A stretch of 64,000 bases of DNA. Origin: the human T2T-CHM13v2.0 reference genome, Homo sapiens. The stretch lies in assembly GCA_009914755.4 (NCBI GenBank), contig CP068257.2:12832001-12896000 (forward strand), in the 5' to 3' direction. The stretch's first letter is position 1; each line of letters begins with the position of its first letter. The position numbers and the translations under genes are program-made. The notes under the pieces are model-generated. The model was not told the origin of the DNA. It worked only from the letters and a program-made list of their open reading frames with translations, and did not search any database. This document shows positions 26,880 to 42,862 of the stretch, in pieces.

Positions 26880-29800
26880 GAGCTTGAGGTAATGTGTTAC
26901 ACAGCAATAGAGAATGAATACAGAGGATAAGAGTAAGAAGGGGGAATTCAGGAGGGAATATCACCAGGAGAAAGGTCTCTGGTTACTCATAGCAACCAAC
27001 TTAAAAAGTACTAGACATTTCCGGGGCATCATGGCAGACGGCAGGCAGGACCAGATTGCAGCTCCAACTCGAGCAGAGGAGTGTGTGGATGCTCACATGA
27101 TGAATTTTGGCTCCAGAACGATTGCAGAAATAAATTAGGAAACCTGGGAGGACTCACAGATCCCCTGAAGGAAGTGAATTCCTCCTTCAGTAAACAGGAG
27201 ACAATCTAAATACCGTGCTGGCATCCACAGCTGAGAGGCCCACAGACAGTTAACATCATAAGACTCTGTGCAGACAACCCTTAGTACCAGCCTGGAGCCT
27301 GGTAGACTAGTTGGGTGGCTAGATGTAGAAGACAGGTAACAATCATTACAGATTGCTCTCAGGAAGCCTCATCCATAGGAAGAGGGGGAGAGTACTACAT
27401 CAAGGGAACACCCCATGGGACAAAAGAATCTGAACAACAGCCTTCAGTCCTAGACCTTCCCTCTGACAGAAACTACCCAAATGAGAAGGAGCCAGAAAAC
27501 CAACTCTGATAACATGACAAAACAAGCTTCTTTAACACCATCAAAAAAATCACACTAGCTCACCACCAATGAATCCAAACCAAGAAGAAATCCCTGATTT
27601 ACCTTAAAAAGAATTCAGGAGGTTAGTTATTAAACTAACCAGGAGGCACCAGAGAAAGGTGAAGCGCAAGGTAAGGAAATCCAAAAAACGATCCAAGACG
27701 TGAAGGGAGAAATATTCAAGGATAGATAGCATAAATAAAAAACAATCAAAACTTCAGGAAACAATGGACATGCTTATAGAAATGCAAAATGCTCTGGAAA
27801 GTTCCAGCAACAGAATTGAATAAGTAGAAGAAAGAAATTCAGAGCTCAAAGGCAAGGTCTTTGAAATTATCCAAACCAACAAAGACAAAGAAAAAGAATA
27901 AGAAAATATGAACAAAGCCTCCAAGAAGTCTGGGATTATATTAAATGACCAAACATAAGAATAATCAGTGTTCCTGAGGAAGAAGAGAAATCTAAAAGTT
28001 GGGAAAACGTATTTGGAGGAATAATCAAGGAAAACTTCCCTGGCCTTGCTAGAGATCTAGACATCCAAATACAAGAAACACGAACCTAGGAAATTCATTG
28101 CAAAGAGATGATTGCCTAGGCACATTGTCATCAGGTTATCTGAAGTTAAGACAAAGGAAAGAATCTTAAGAGCAATGAGACAAATGGACCAGGTAACCCA
28201 TAAAGGAAAACCTATCAGATTAACAGCAGATTTCTCAGCAGAAACCCAACACGCTAGAAGGGATTGGGACCCTGTCTTCAGCCTTCTCAAACAAGACAAT
28301 TATTAGCCAAGAATTTTGTATCCAGCAAAATCAAACTTCATATATGAAGGAAAGATACAGTCTTTTTCAGACAAACAAATGTTGAGAGAATTTGTCACTA
28401 CCAAGCCACTAAAAGGAGCTCTAAATCTTCAAACAAATCCTGGAAACACATCAAAACAGAACCTCTTTGAAGCATAAATCTCACAGGACCTATCAAACAA
28501 AAATACAATTTAAAAAACACAAAAAACCAAAAAAAATGTATACAGGCAACAAATAGCATGATGAATGGAATAGTACCTCATATCTCAATACTAACACTGA
28601 ATTAAATGGCCTAAATTCTCCACTTGAAAGTTACAGAATTGCAGAATGGATAAGATTTCACAAACTATATGCTGCCTTCAAGAGACTCATCTAACACATA
28701 AAGACTCACACAAACTTAAGGTACAGGGGTGGAAAAAGATATTTCATTCAAATGGACACCAAAAGTGAGCAGGAATAGTTACTGTTATATCAGACAAAAC
28801 AAACTTTAAAGCAACAGAAGTTGAAAAAGACAAATAGGGACATTATACAATGATAAAAGGCCTTGTCTAACAGGAAAATATCACAATCCTAAACATGTAT
28901 GCACCTAACACTGGAGCTCTCAAATTTGTAAAACAATTACTAATAGGCCTAAGAAATGAGATAGACAGCAACACAGTAATAGTGGGGAACTTCAGTACTC
29001 CAGTGACAGCACTAGACAGGTGATCAAGACAGAAAGTCAACAAAGAAGCAATGGATTTAAATTATACCCTGGAACAAATAGACTTAACAGATACATACAG
29101 AACATTCCATCCAACAACCTCAGAATATACATTCTATTCAACAACACATGGAACTTTCTCTAAGATAGACCATATGATAGGACATAAAATGAATCTCAAT
29201 AAATATAAAAAAATTGAAATTATATCAAGCACTCTTTCAGACTACAATGGAATAAAACTGGAAATTAACTGCAAAAGGAACCTTCAAAACCATGCAAATA
29301 TATGATCCCTGGGTGAAAAATGAAATCAAGATGGAAATTAAAAAATTCTTTGAACTGAACAACAATAGTGACATGACCTATGACAACCTCTGGGACACAG
29401 CAAAGGGGGTGCTAAGGGGAAAGTGCATAGCCCTAAACACCTACATCAAAAGGTCTGAAAGAGCCCAAATGGACAATCTAAGGTGACACCTCAAGGAACT
29501 AGAGAAACAAGAACAAACCAAACTCAAACACAGCAGAAGAAAGGAAATAACCAAGGTCAGAGCAGAATTAAATAAAATTGAAACAAAAAAATATGAAAGA
29601 TAAATGAAACAAAAAGCTGTTTTTTGAAAAGATGAATAAAATTAATAGACCATTAGTAAGAATTCAAATAAGCTCAATATGAAATGAAACGGGGTATTAC
29701 AACTGACACTACAGAAATACAAAAGATCATTCAAGGCCACTACGAACACCTTTGCATGCATAAACTAGAAAACCTAGAAGACATGGATAAATTCCTGGAA

Positions 29801-32182
29801 AGATACAACTCTCCTAGCTTAAATCAGGAAAAATTAGATACCCGGAATAGACCAATAACAATCAATGATATTGAAATGGTAATTTTAAAATTACCAACAA
29901 AAAAAGTTGAGGACCAGACCTATTCACAGCAGCATTCTACCAGACATTCGAAGAAGAATTGGTACCAATCCTATTGACACTATCCCACAAGATAGAGAAA
30001 GAAGGAACCCTCCCTACATCATTCTATGAAGCCAGTATCACCCTAATACCAAAACCAGGAAAGAGGGTAACCAAAAAAGAAAACTACAGACCAATATCCC
30101 TGATGAACATAGATGCTAAAATTCTTAACAAAATACTAGCTAACTGAATTCAACAACATATCAAAAAGATAACCCACCATGATCAAGTGGGTTTAATACC
30201 AGGGATGCTGGGAGGGTTTAATATATGCACTTCAATAAATGTGATACACCACATAAACAGAATTAAAAACAAAAATCACATGATCATCTCAATAGATGCA
30301 GAAAAAGCATTAGACAAAATCCAGCATTTCTTCATGATTAAAACTCAGCAAAATAGGCATACAAGCGACATACCTCAATATAATAAAAGCCATCTATGAC
30401 AAACCCACAGTCAACATAATGCTGAATGGGCACAAGGTGAAAGCATTCCCTTTGAGAACTGGAACAAGATAAGGATACCCACTCTCACCATTCCTCTTCA
30501 ACACAGTACTGGAAGTCCTAGCCAGAGCAATCAGACAAGAGAAAGAAATAAAGGGCATCTAAATCACTGAAGATGAAGTCAAACTGTCACTGTTTTCTGA
30601 TGATATGATCATTTACTTAGAAAACCATAAAGACTCTTCCAGGAAGCTCCTAGAACTGATAAAAGAATTCAGCAAAGTTTCTGGATACAAAATTAACGTA
30701 CACAAATCAGTAGCTCTTTTATACACTAACAGTGATCAAGCTAAGAATCAAATCAAGAACTCAACCCCTTTTACAATAGCTGCAAAAACAAAAACAAAAA
30801 CAAAACTTTGGAATATGCCTAACTAAGGAGGTGAAAGACCTCCACAAGGAAAAGTACAAAGCACTGCTGAAAGAAATCATAGATGGCACAAACAAATGGA
30901 AACATGTTCTATGCCCATGGATAGGTAGAATCAATATTGTGAAAAGGACCATACTGTCAAAAGCAATCTACAAATTCAACAGATTTCCCATCAAAATACC
31001 ACCATCGTTCTTCACAGAATTAGAAAAAACAATTCTAAAATTCATATGGAACCAAAAAAGAGCTTGCATAGCCAAAGCAAACTTGAGCAAAAAGAACAAA
31101 TCTGGAGGCATCACATTACCTAATTTCAAACTATACTATAGGCTATAGTCACCAAAACAGCATGGTACTGGTAAAAAAAAAAAAAATAGGCACATAGACC
31201 AATGGAACAGAAAAGAGAACCCAGAAATAAATCCACATACTTAACGGCCAACTGATTTTTGAAAAAGCAAACAAAAACATAAAGTGGGGAAAGGACACCC
31301 TTTTCAACAAATGGTGCTAGGATAACTGGCTAGCCATATGTAGGAGAATGAAACTGGATCCACAACTCTCACCTTATAGAAAAATCATCTCAAGATGGAC
31401 TAACGACTTAAATCTAAGATCTGAAACTATAAAACTTCTAGAAGATAACATTGGAAAAACCTTTCTAGACATTGGCTTAGGCAAGGATTTCATGACCAAG
31501 AACACAAAAGCAAATGCAATAAAAACAAAGTTAAATTGCTGAGACTTAATTAAACTAAAGAGATTTTGCATGGTAAAAGAAACAGTCAGCAGAGCAAACA
31601 GACAACCCACAGGGTGGGAAAAAATTTTCACAATCTATACATCTGACAAAGGACTAATATCCAAAATCTACAATGAACTCAAATCAACAAGAAAAAAAAA
31701 CAAACAATCCCATCAAAAAGTAGGCTGAGGACATGAATAGACAATTCTCAAAAGAAGATACACAAATGGCCAACAAACACATGAAAAAATGCTCAACATC
31801 ACTAATGATGAGGGAAATGCAAATCAAAACCACAATGTGATACCAGCTTACCCCTGCAAGTATGGCCACAATCAAAAAATTAAAAAATTGCAGATGTTAG
31901 CATGGATGTACTGAAAAAGGAACACTTCTACACTGCTGGTGGGAGTGTAAACTAGTACAACCACTATGGAAAACAGTGTGGAGATTCCTTAAAGAACTAA
32001 AAGTAGAACGACCATTTGATTCAGCAATTCCACTGCTAGGTATCTATGCAGAGGAAAAGAAGTCATTATACAAAAAAGATACTTGCACACACGTTTGTGG
32101 CAGCATGATTTGCAATTGCAAAAATATGGAACCAACCCAAATGACCATCAATCAGTGAGTGGATAAAGAAACTGTGGTATAG
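26880..32182 (+). mobile_element. Near-full-length degenerate LINE-1 (older primate or mammalian subfamily), 5' part. It has a 5' UTR-like region, ORF1 and ORF2 with many stop codons and frameshifts. It is interrupted by a nested Alu at 32183.
   Basis: Broken ORF2 pieces appear in the track at 29051-32158 (for example [20 protein letters not shown] and [33 protein letters not shown]). Endonuclease and RT motifs are readable. The 5' boundary is accurate only to about 100 bp. Confidence 0.85.
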
Positions 32183-32900
<718 letters not shown>

Positions 32901-33100
32901 AATTGCCCTGCCAAGTCTGGTTCCCAAGGCCTTTGCTCTGCTCAGCTCTCGCCTGACATTTGCACCTTGTCTCCCTCTCTCTTCATTATTTCTATTCCTG
33001 CAAGTATCAGGCAGAGTTGGGCACCTTCAGCAACTGTGAGGCTTTTGGTTTTCAGGAAAATGGAGAGAATTCCTTCCTCCCTGATAGACTCTGAACCTGA

Positions 33101-33514
<414 letters not shown>

Positions 33515-33598
33515 CTAGCCTCCACTTCTACTGTTGGGAAGAACACACTCACACTGTCTTCCCACTGCTTATACTTGCTGAAACAGATCATATAATCA

Positions 33599-33832
<234 letters not shown>

Positions 33833-35777
33833 TTATAACATTCTGAATCATCATCTGGACACAACTAAGTATTGATAATGCTGGAACACTGGATGCCAGG
33901 CTCCTGAGGAAGTTCTAATTGACCCATCCTGGTGTCTGTCTTCCAGTTACTCTCCATCAGTGACGTCTGTCCTCTGAGCCATTTCGAACCTTTTTCCTGC
34001 CAATCTGGCCACTCTCCTCTATCACTAACCCAAGTACCCTCTCACTTCAGTCTCCGTAATCGGATCCAGTGCACAATGTACTAAGTATTGGTCACTTGCC
34101 AAAAGCATCACATTACAAAGTTCCCTACAATTTCCTCCCCAGAGTTCCCACTGTGTACCAAAGGCCATTTTGAGGCAATATTTCTGTCATAACAGGTGGC
34201 ACTTTTGCTTGTTGTATGAGTGCAAGGGAAGGAGAAAGTGTGTCTGAATATCTGCATCCCCATGTGGTTTGAAACTTCTAAACTGGGCCTTTAAAACTGC
34301 TCCAAATCCTTGTTGTCTGGTCCTCTTATTTTTGATCTTAAACTTCAGGAAACAGAGAAAAGAGATAGCATTTTGTCACCTGTCTGGGAACAAGAATGGC
34401 TCCCAGTGGAAGTAATTCTCCTCCCCCACCCTCATACTCAGTCACCACTTCACATCTTCCTTCAGTCAAGCCTTTCATCACTCTGTTCAGTGAGGGAATA
34501 GCCCACGTTTCACTACCATGCATTGTGGAAATAAGGTATAGCTCCTTCAAGATGCTCCACATTGTATGTGAACTGATGTAAAACACAGATGAGTTGCATC
34601 TAATCACATAAATTAAGTGGTATACAGTAATGGTAAAATGGACCACCATCTCTTCACACCCTCCCTTCCATGACAACTCCAGACCAGGGCTTTTCGCAGT
34701 CCATTCTAGTTAATAAAATTCTCCCCACATCCAGCATCACAATATAGAGTTTTTAAACTTCCAGGAGAAATTAATACTAATGAGATCTGAATTTCATACA
34801 TGCAAAAAACATCCTTTAAATGTTTCTGTGTTAGCTTTTGTCACAAAATAACTATTCTACAGCCAATAGGAAAATAGGAATAAAACTCAGGATATTTGAA
34901 ACATCTGGTCTTGCCATACATCTTCAGATAACAGAAGCAGTTGATTTAAAAGGAAATGGGAAACAAACTTTGCAAAAACATTTAAAAACCCTGAAAAGAT
35001 TAGAGAGATGTATAACAGTCTACATACAAAAAGTCATAAGGCACCCTGCAATATCAATCGTTTCATCCAAATATTGTAGCTGGAAATTTGACTAAATCCT
35101 GAGTGATTTCCTTCTTAGAAAAAATATTAATCTTCATTAGAAAATCCTTGTTGGTTACTTTGGATCCCTTTTTGCCACCTAATTGGTCATAGTCCTACCA
35201 TTTATTATTTGCATATTGCTTCACTCTTTACTGATTAATGCTGGGTTAAGATCTAAAAAGTAAATGTCAGTAAAAGTAAATTGATGCAAATGTGCTACAT
35301 TTTTCAGAGTACTTCAGGAAAAAAGGAAAGTGGTCGGGGGAGAAAGAATGAGGGGGACGCAGGGAAGAGGAAGGGAGAAAGAAAGAGACAGAGAATGGAG
35401 CAGAAAATAAATTTCATTTATCTGAATACTTCAAGTCATTTTGAAATATGTTGACTCAAGATAAAGGTGGCTCACTCCAACAAAGGTGTTTATTTTAAAG
35501 ATGCAGGTTTAATCTCCTAATATGGCTTTTTTGAGGAGTATCCCGAGGAGCCCCGTTGACTACAGTGTTAAAAGTTTTCACACACTATATGACTGTGTCA
35601 AATATATTATGTATTATTTAAACAATAGCAACTCTATATAGATTTAATATATCTTACATTTTTACCATTTCTCTTATCAAGTAGCTGGAACCTTGTGGCT
35701 GATTTAACTTGTTGTTTTTTAATTAATTTAACCCAGACCTCACACCCAGGATCTTGTCCCTGATTCATTAGCCTTAC

Positions 35778-35907
35778 TTGATGAGCTCTGTCCACTGTAG
35801 AGACTATCCATGGAGTCACTGGCTTTGAGGGACACCTTCTCTGTGTGGGTCCCAATCACAGGGTCACTGTTTCTATATGGGTGGGCATTCTCTCCATCTT
35901 CCTCATC
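35778..35907 (-). CDS. SAMSN1: Internal coding exon (presumed exon 4), 130 nt, phase 0 in and 1 out. Encodes DEEDGENAHPYRNSDPVIGTHTEKVSLKASDSMDSLYSGQSSS plus a split Ser codon.
   Basis: Acceptor tgttttctgaag|GATGAGG. Donor TCATCAA|gtaagg. The single extra base is completed by the first two bases of the next exon (A+GT gives Ser). Confidence 0.85.
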
Positions 35908-36834
35908 CTTCAGAAAACATATCAGAGGTTAGGTACAGAGAGAAGATTTCCACAGAGATGTACATTGAGTACATTGATTTAATAGACACATATTTTAGCA
36001 ATAAAATACTTAAGGATACATAAGGATAAAATACAAAAGTAGTTCATCTTCAGTTCAATTTCTAGCAAAACCTTTCACAATATACTTGGAAAAATTACTC
36101 AGATGACACATTCTTTCTGTAAAATTCAGTTGAAATTATAATGGCTCATTTTTACAAACTAGGATGAATATCATATCAATATTATTTAATCAAAAGTGTT
36201 AGATTTATTGACATCTATGGTTTATCTTTTAAAGCACTTTTACTTCTTCATGTTGTCCTTATGCTCTATTTACCACCATTACTAATCCATTGAGATCTGA
36301 TCCTACAAGCTTAAACTCTGCATAGTTGTTTCATGTCAGTTATTTGCATCCTACCAGATCACTAGATATGAATAAAACATGTACATTTTGCAATTCTAAA
36401 GCAAAGCTTATCTAAAAAGCTTTACAAATCTAATACCATGCTTGCCACCTAGTCAAGTGAGAAGCAAATCTTGCATAAAATTAGAAAAGACAGACAATTT
36501 CAAAACAAATTATATTTTCTTGAAAACATCTCCAATGTTTTCCATATTTCAATAGTTTGGATTAAACCTATGAATTTCTTAATATTCATCAGAATGTAAT
36601 TCAACATTCTTTATTTGTGAGCATTTCTAAACATTGATAAAACTTCAGAATACACAAATGATATACACTCAGTTTGATTCTCCACTTTTATCCATTTCTT
36701 TTTTGATTCAGTCATTCAACACAATTTTATAGAACACCTCCTAGGTACTGAGCAGTGTTCTTGGAACTGGGGATTTTCATGGTAAACAAGATAACAGGGT
36801 GCTTGCTATAATGAAGGATATTCTATTGTGTTAG

Positions 36835-36872
36835 CTGTGTGTGTTTGTGTGTGCGTGTGTGTGTGTCTGTGT
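36835..36872. repeat. Imperfect (GT)n microsatellite.
   Basis: The stretch gtgtgtgtttgtgtgtgcgtgtgtgtgtgtctgtgt. Confidence 0.8.
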
Positions 36873-38699
36873 AGAGTATTTGGGGAGGTGTGTCTAAACA
36901 CAATAAGACAATTTCAGAGAATAGTAAGTGTTATGAAAGAAATAAAACTGGGTGATGTGAGAGAATTTGTTGCTGAGGTTAGGGTTAGGGGTTGGCTGAT
37001 TTAAATGGAGTATCCTCCAAAGACCTCTGCCATACAGTAATATATGCCCTGAATTATTGACCTAAAGGATAAGAAGATGTAACTTATGTGAAGCTTTGGA
37101 GACAGTTTTCCAAGCAAAAGGAATAGCAACAGCAAAATAATTGAACTCAGAATTATCTTGGGTTGTGCAGGGAAAACAGCAAGGCTAATGTAGTGTGAGA
37201 AAGGAGAATATTAGTGTGTGAGTTCAGGGAAGTAGACTGGAGCCACATCAAGAAAAGCTTTATAGACCATGTGTGGTGGCCATGGAAATGTGCCACTTAG
37301 ATCTCTTGCTGCGGGACCCTTCTTTACTGACAGTCCCAGGACTGCCCCTCTGTATCCATCACTCCATTTGCACTAAAGCCATGCTCCCTTTCAGTAACTG
37401 AAAAAATAGGGGTATTGTTTGAGCCCATTCTAGTGGAATGTAGGGTTCCTGTAATGGAAAACTTTAGTATAAGAATCCTCCATCAATCTGACCAAAGCTT
37501 TCTCAGTATTCTGCTGAAGTATGAGACTCTCTCTACCTGATTCTTCTTCCTTTTCCTCATCCTTTTACAGATGTCAGATTTACGTTGCAGTCTAAAGGCT
37601 TTCTCTTTAGCCTTCCTAGCATTTCCTGTCATAAATCTGTGGTGTTTCTACTCTTTTTCTTGGGATCTAGAATGAACACACCAAGTAAAGAGGTTCACTA
37701 TGAAGACACTGAAATTTTAACCATGACCTGATTTCCACTTGTCAGAGATATTTCTGGCTTTCATATGGAGAATAAATTTTATGGGGGAAAGAATAAAAAG
37801 AATGGAAAGCAATTAGGGGATTATGATAGTAATCCAGGAAAGAAAGGTTGGTTATTTAGTCTAAAGCAGGAATAGTTTACATGGAGAAATTAGGGAGTTT
37901 ATATATACGTGGTAATACAATTCAGAGAATTTACTGATGAATTAGTGTGAAAAGTGAGAAAAAGAAGGAATTTAGGGTGATTCTTAGATTTTCTTTTCTT
38001 CCTATTTTTTATATTTTTGTTTTTATTTATTTTGGGGATCAGTGTTGTCTGCTGCCACTGGGAATACTGGATGAGAAAACCATTTTTTTTGTAAAAGTGT
38101 AGAGAATAAATATATTAGCTTTGGATATATTAGGTTTTGGATGTCTACTGGACATCTAAATGAAGATATCAAATAAGCAATTGATTGTATTAATATAGCA
38201 GATAAGTGAAGAGGTCATAGCTAGAGATATAGTTGTGAAAAACAAAATCATGAGAGTAGATGAGCTGACTTAAGGGGAGAATGTAGATTCAATGGAGCAT
38301 CCAGGAACAAGCCTCAGGAAGATGTTTCAAGGGATGAGAAAGAAAGCAGAGCCAAGAAAGGAAGCTATGAGGAAGAAGAAATGCCAGAAGCATGCCTAGT
38401 CAAAAAAAAACAAGAAAAGTGGATGTTTTATATGTAAGGAAATCAGCACTTGGGTCAAATACAGTTGAAAAGTAGTAAGGAGAAAGAAAAGTGACCATTG
38501 GACCTGGCAACACAGAGGTCACTACTGACGGCGACAGCTATTTTAATGGAGTACTGGAGACAGAGCCCTGTTGAAGTGGATTGAAAAAGAGAATGGACAT
38601 AAGACATAAAAATCAATAAAGTAGAATTGGGAGTCCATAAGTAAACTCACTTATTTATGATCCATATATTTATGACAATATATTTATGGTCAATTGATT

Positions 38700-39690
38700 T
38701 TTAACAAGAGTACCGAGACAATCAAATAGGAAAAGAATAGTCTTTTCAACAAATAGTGTAAGGACAACTATATATCTACATGCAAAAGAATGAAGGTGGA
38801 CTCTTCCTATATACTGTACAGTAAAATTATCTTGAAATAAATGATACACCAAAATTTAAGAGACTATTGGCCTCTTAGAAGAAAACATGGGAATAAATCT
38901 TCATTACATTAGATTAGACAATGGTTTGTTAAATATGTTACCAAAAGCACAAGTGACCAAAAAAAGATAATTGGACTACAATAAAATTAGGAACATTTGT
39001 GCTACAAACAACACCATCAAGAAAATAAAAATACAATCCACAGAATTGGAGAAAATATATTATATTGCATGTCATATATCTGATAAAAAACTTGCATCCA
39101 GAATATATAAAAAACATTTAAAACTCAACAATAAGAAGATAAATAACCCAATTAAAAACGAACAATGGATTTGAAAAACACTTCTCCACAAAGATAGATA
39201 AATGGCTAAAAAGCACATGAAAAGATTCTTGACATTATTAGTCATCAGGGAAACGTAAAGTACAACCAAATGTAAATCAAAATCACAATGAGATTCCACC
39301 TCACATCCACTAGGATGGCTAGTATTAAAAAGACAGACAATAACAAGTGTTGGCAATGATGCAGAGAAATTGGAACCCTCATACATTGTTGATGGGAATG
39401 TCAAATGACACACCTGCTTAAAAAAACAATTTGCCAGTTTCTCTATTAGACATGGAGTTACTATATATCCAAGAGAAATGAAAAAATATTTCCACACAAA
39501 AATTGAACAGAAGTATCTGTAGCAGCATTATTCATAATAGCCAAAAAGTGAAAGCAACCCAAGTAATCACTAAGTGATAAATGGATAAAGTAAATGTGAT
39601 CCATCTATAAAAGGAGAAATATTATTTGGCAATAAAAAGGAATGAAGTACTGATACTTGCTACTAAATTAATGACATGTTGTTCTTCACA
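38700..39690 (+). mobile_element. Old LINE-1 (L1M-like) 3' fragment.
   Basis: It is diverged but recognisable as an L1 ORF2 end plus 3' UTR: ...acaaccaaatgtaaatcaaaatcacaatgagattccacctcacatccactaggatggctagtattaaaaagacagacaataacaagtgttggcaatgatgcagagaaattggaaccctcatacattgttgatgggaatgtcaaat... The 5' boundary is approximate. Confidence 0.7.
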
Positions 39691-39726
39691 TTGTTCTTCG
39701 CATCACATTCTAGATGCATGATCTTT

Positions 39727-40023
39727 TTTTTTGTTTTGTTTTTTGAGACGCCATCTTGCTCTGTTGCCAGGCTGAAGTTCAGTGGTGCAATCAGGGCTCA
39801 CTGGAACCCCCGCCTCCCGGGTTCAAGCGATTCTCCTTCCTCAGCCTCCTGAGTAGCTAGGACTACAGGCGTGCACCACCATGCTCAGCTAATTTTTGTA
39901 TTTTTAGTAGAGACGGGGTTTCACCATGTTGGCCAGGCTGGTCTTGAACTCCTGACTTCAGGTGATCTTCCCGCCACGGCCTCCAAAGTGCTCGGATTAC
40001 AGGTGTGAGCCACTGCACCCAGC
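39727..40023 (-). mobile_element. Full-length Alu in reverse orientation (sense to the gene), with a perfect 15-bp target-site duplication.
   Basis: Poly-T, then ...gagacgccatcttgctctgttgccaggctgaagttcagtggtgcaatc...cggattacaggtgtgagccactgcacccagc. The duplication agatgcatgatcttt lies at 39712-39726 and 40024-40038. It is about 200 bp downstream of the exon 3 donor. Confidence 0.93.
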
Positions 40024-40225
40024 AGATGCATGATCTTTCTGAGTGTCAGTTTCTTCTGTTAAAATGAAAGTAATACTTCCTTCCACCCAAGTTCTGGGCA
40101 TAATGACTGAGGAAGAAAACAAATGCTTAAGTACTTCATAAAGTACCAAGCACTTCTATAGTCTAGCTGAATAGTTTAAGAAAGTTTTAGTAGAAAAATA
40201 CAAATGATTATCAGAGAATATTTAC

Positions 40226-40375
40226 CTTTTCCTCAGAAAGGGCTTTGATGTACTTTTTACCCACTTTTTTCTTCATTGTCCATGAAATAGCTCTCATTTT
40301 TTTACCCAAACCGCCTCCATTATTTGAAGTTTTACTTTGTTCTCCACTTCCATTTGTGGGATCTCCTTCATGTGC
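40226..40375 (-). CDS. SAMSN1: Internal coding exon (presumed exon 3), 150 nt, phase 0/0. Encodes AHEGDPTNGSGEQSKTSNNGGGLGKKMRAISWTMKKKVGKKYIKALSEEK.
   Basis: Acceptor ...aaactag|GCACATG is a TAG acceptor with an upstream pyrimidine-rich stretch. Donor GAGGAAAAG|gtaaat. Open frame of 50 codons. Joins in frame to the flanking exons. Confidence 0.78.
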
Positions 40376-42813
40376 CTAGTTTAGAATTGTTTACAAAAGA
40401 CAAAATAATAAAGCAATAAAAAACATTGATCTGAAATCACTGTTACAGAGAACATTCTGAGTTTGTGGATTTTGCATGCATTCTGTGCAGCAGCCTCCAA
40501 AATTTCTAACAATCCGGACATAACACATATTTTTAAAGTTGTCCAGCCCTGGTTGCTTGTGTTACGAACTCAGAAAGTAAAATTCGTGATGTTAAAGGAC
40601 TTGAGCCTCACATCTGCAACTCTTTTAGAGAATTTTGACTATTTTTTAAATAGCTGTATTGAAGAATCATTTTATTCCCTCTTCTTGAGATGAACAAATA
40701 ATATTAAACACCAGGTATAAGGAGTTCTTATGTCTACATAGATGAGAAATATTTTATTGGAAGCTTTAGATAGGCTGTAGCATCTATCTGTGTTGAATAG
40801 GCCTTAAAATATCCTCTTGCTTCTCATAGAAATTGAGATGATTGTGGTTATTTTAAAGAAGTTTTTGTGTTAATTAAATCCACTGAGAAATGTTAGATTT
40901 TTTTTCATCTTAGTGTGCACATTTCCCATATTCGCAAGCAATAGTAAATATGAACTAGTTCCAGCCATTAGTACAGAAATCTTCATGTAATTCACATGCT
41001 ATATTAATCAAACATCTTATTTGGACTGCTTCAGTCTGTGCTTAGGAATTTTGTTAAACCAATGACTCAGAATAAAACACACTGTTCACAGCCACAAGAC
41101 TCTATATGTCATAACATAAAATAATGTTCTGTCAATATAATTAATATATTATGTGATATATATTACATTATATAGAATCTATATGAAATAAAATATCCTC
41201 ACTACCCACCTTGCCCCTCGCTACTTCTCAAGCCTCCCTCGCTCACTAGATCAGTGGTTCTCAAAATATGATCCCTGGACCAGCGGCATTAACATCACTT
41301 GGGAGCAGTTTGTGCTTTAGCAAGCTCTTCAAGTGATTCTGATACTCGCTAAAGTTTGAAAACAACTGTAATAAAGTATTGCCATGCTAGCCCCCTTGCA
41401 GTTTCTCTATCAGGTTCTCACCAAGTTTGTATTTGCTTTTGCCATTGGCTTCCGCCAGATATCCAAGAATTTCTTCCTTCAGTCGTCCAGGTTTCTATTC
41501 ACATGTCATATAATAGGAGAGTAATTTTCTGATTGATCACCCTCCACACTTCCATACATCCTGTTTATTGGCCCTGATTAATTATTCCTCTAAGCAGTTA
41601 ACATTACCCGATAATATGTTTGTTCATTTGATTATTGTCTGCGTCTCCCACTATGATGCATGCTCCATGAGACTTGAGACTTTGTCTGTTTTCTTTGAGT
41701 GTCTAGAGTACTTCCAAGCACAGAGCTGGCACTTGATATTATTTGAATAAATGAAACTTCTCATGTAGAACGTTGCAGATTTTTTTTTCTTGGAGGACAT
41801 GTTTGGGTTACACGTCCTAAAATACCTTATATTTGCAAGAAAGGAAACTTGAAGGACATCTAGTTTAACACTGCCCACCATTACTGGTAGGTGGACAGGT
41901 AGTCATTCACTGAATATAAAAAATGATGGGAAACTTCTCTTTAGTGAACTTGAATATTTTAATATAAAAGTTTAACCACATAGTTAACATCATTATTAAT
42001 CAATATTATATTTTGCTTCATATCTTACCCCAAATTGCCTATGATAAATATGAATGGACAGCCAATTTAAACCCTCATTGCACTTTATTAATTTCTACAT
42101 TCAAGGTTGAAATCAAGGCAAAGATTCTTTGCTTAATTCAAAAGTCCTGAATAAAATTTAATTCGGAAGCACTTTAAAATTTTAGAGTTAGCCTTTTTCT
42201 TCTCTCTACTTAAACTTTCTCTGTCTTCATTATAAAATTACTTTGCTAACATAAATAAGAAATGTTAATTACTACTTGTGTTACTCTACCATTTCTAAGC
42301 TTCAGAAAAATGTACCACACATATTTTTCAGGTTTTTCTAGCGTTATTTACAGAAGCTACAAAGAAATTATGTTTATGTCTTTTGAGTGTTAACATTTTT
42401 CTATGCCTTTCTCCATAGCCTGAATTAAATTTCTATTTAAATATTACTTATGGTTTTGTTCTTGTCTTTTTAAGATTTGTCTTCCCCTATAGACTCCAGG
42501 CATGAAGTAAGGATTTTCATGTGTTGTTGCAACAGTACTTCCTGAGTGTCTAAGGGAAAACCTGTCATAGAGTAGTTATTTTTTGAATGAGTGCTGGATT
42601 GTTGAAAAATATGCACACTATTTTATTAGGTTTGCTAAATTCTTTTACAAATTACTAGGCCACCATTATTAACCAATGAACCTGAATGAACATGAGCTAT
42701 CTTGTACAGGTTAATTCCAGAATTATAAACTAAATAGCAGTAGAATATATGTATGATTGTGGAGAATTAAAAATTTATACAAAATGCCAACTGAAAATAA
42801 AATTATATACAGT

Positions 42814-42862
42814 TTCTCTCTCTCTCCATATATATACACACACACACACAAACACATATATG
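42814..42862. repeat. Compound microsatellite (TC)n(TA)n(CA)n.
   Basis: The stretch tctctctctctctccatatatatacacacacacacaaacacatatatg. Confidence 0.8.

Noticed and set aside
29051-32158. A string of plus-strand ORFs of 60-105 aa (29051-29305, 29292-29486, 29684-29977, 29959-30147, 30187-30399, 30605-30826, 30831-31148, 31348-31542, 31976-32158).
   Set aside because: All are fragments of a decayed LINE-1 ORF2 (endonuclease and RT motifs, separated by stops and frameshifts). They are not host genes.
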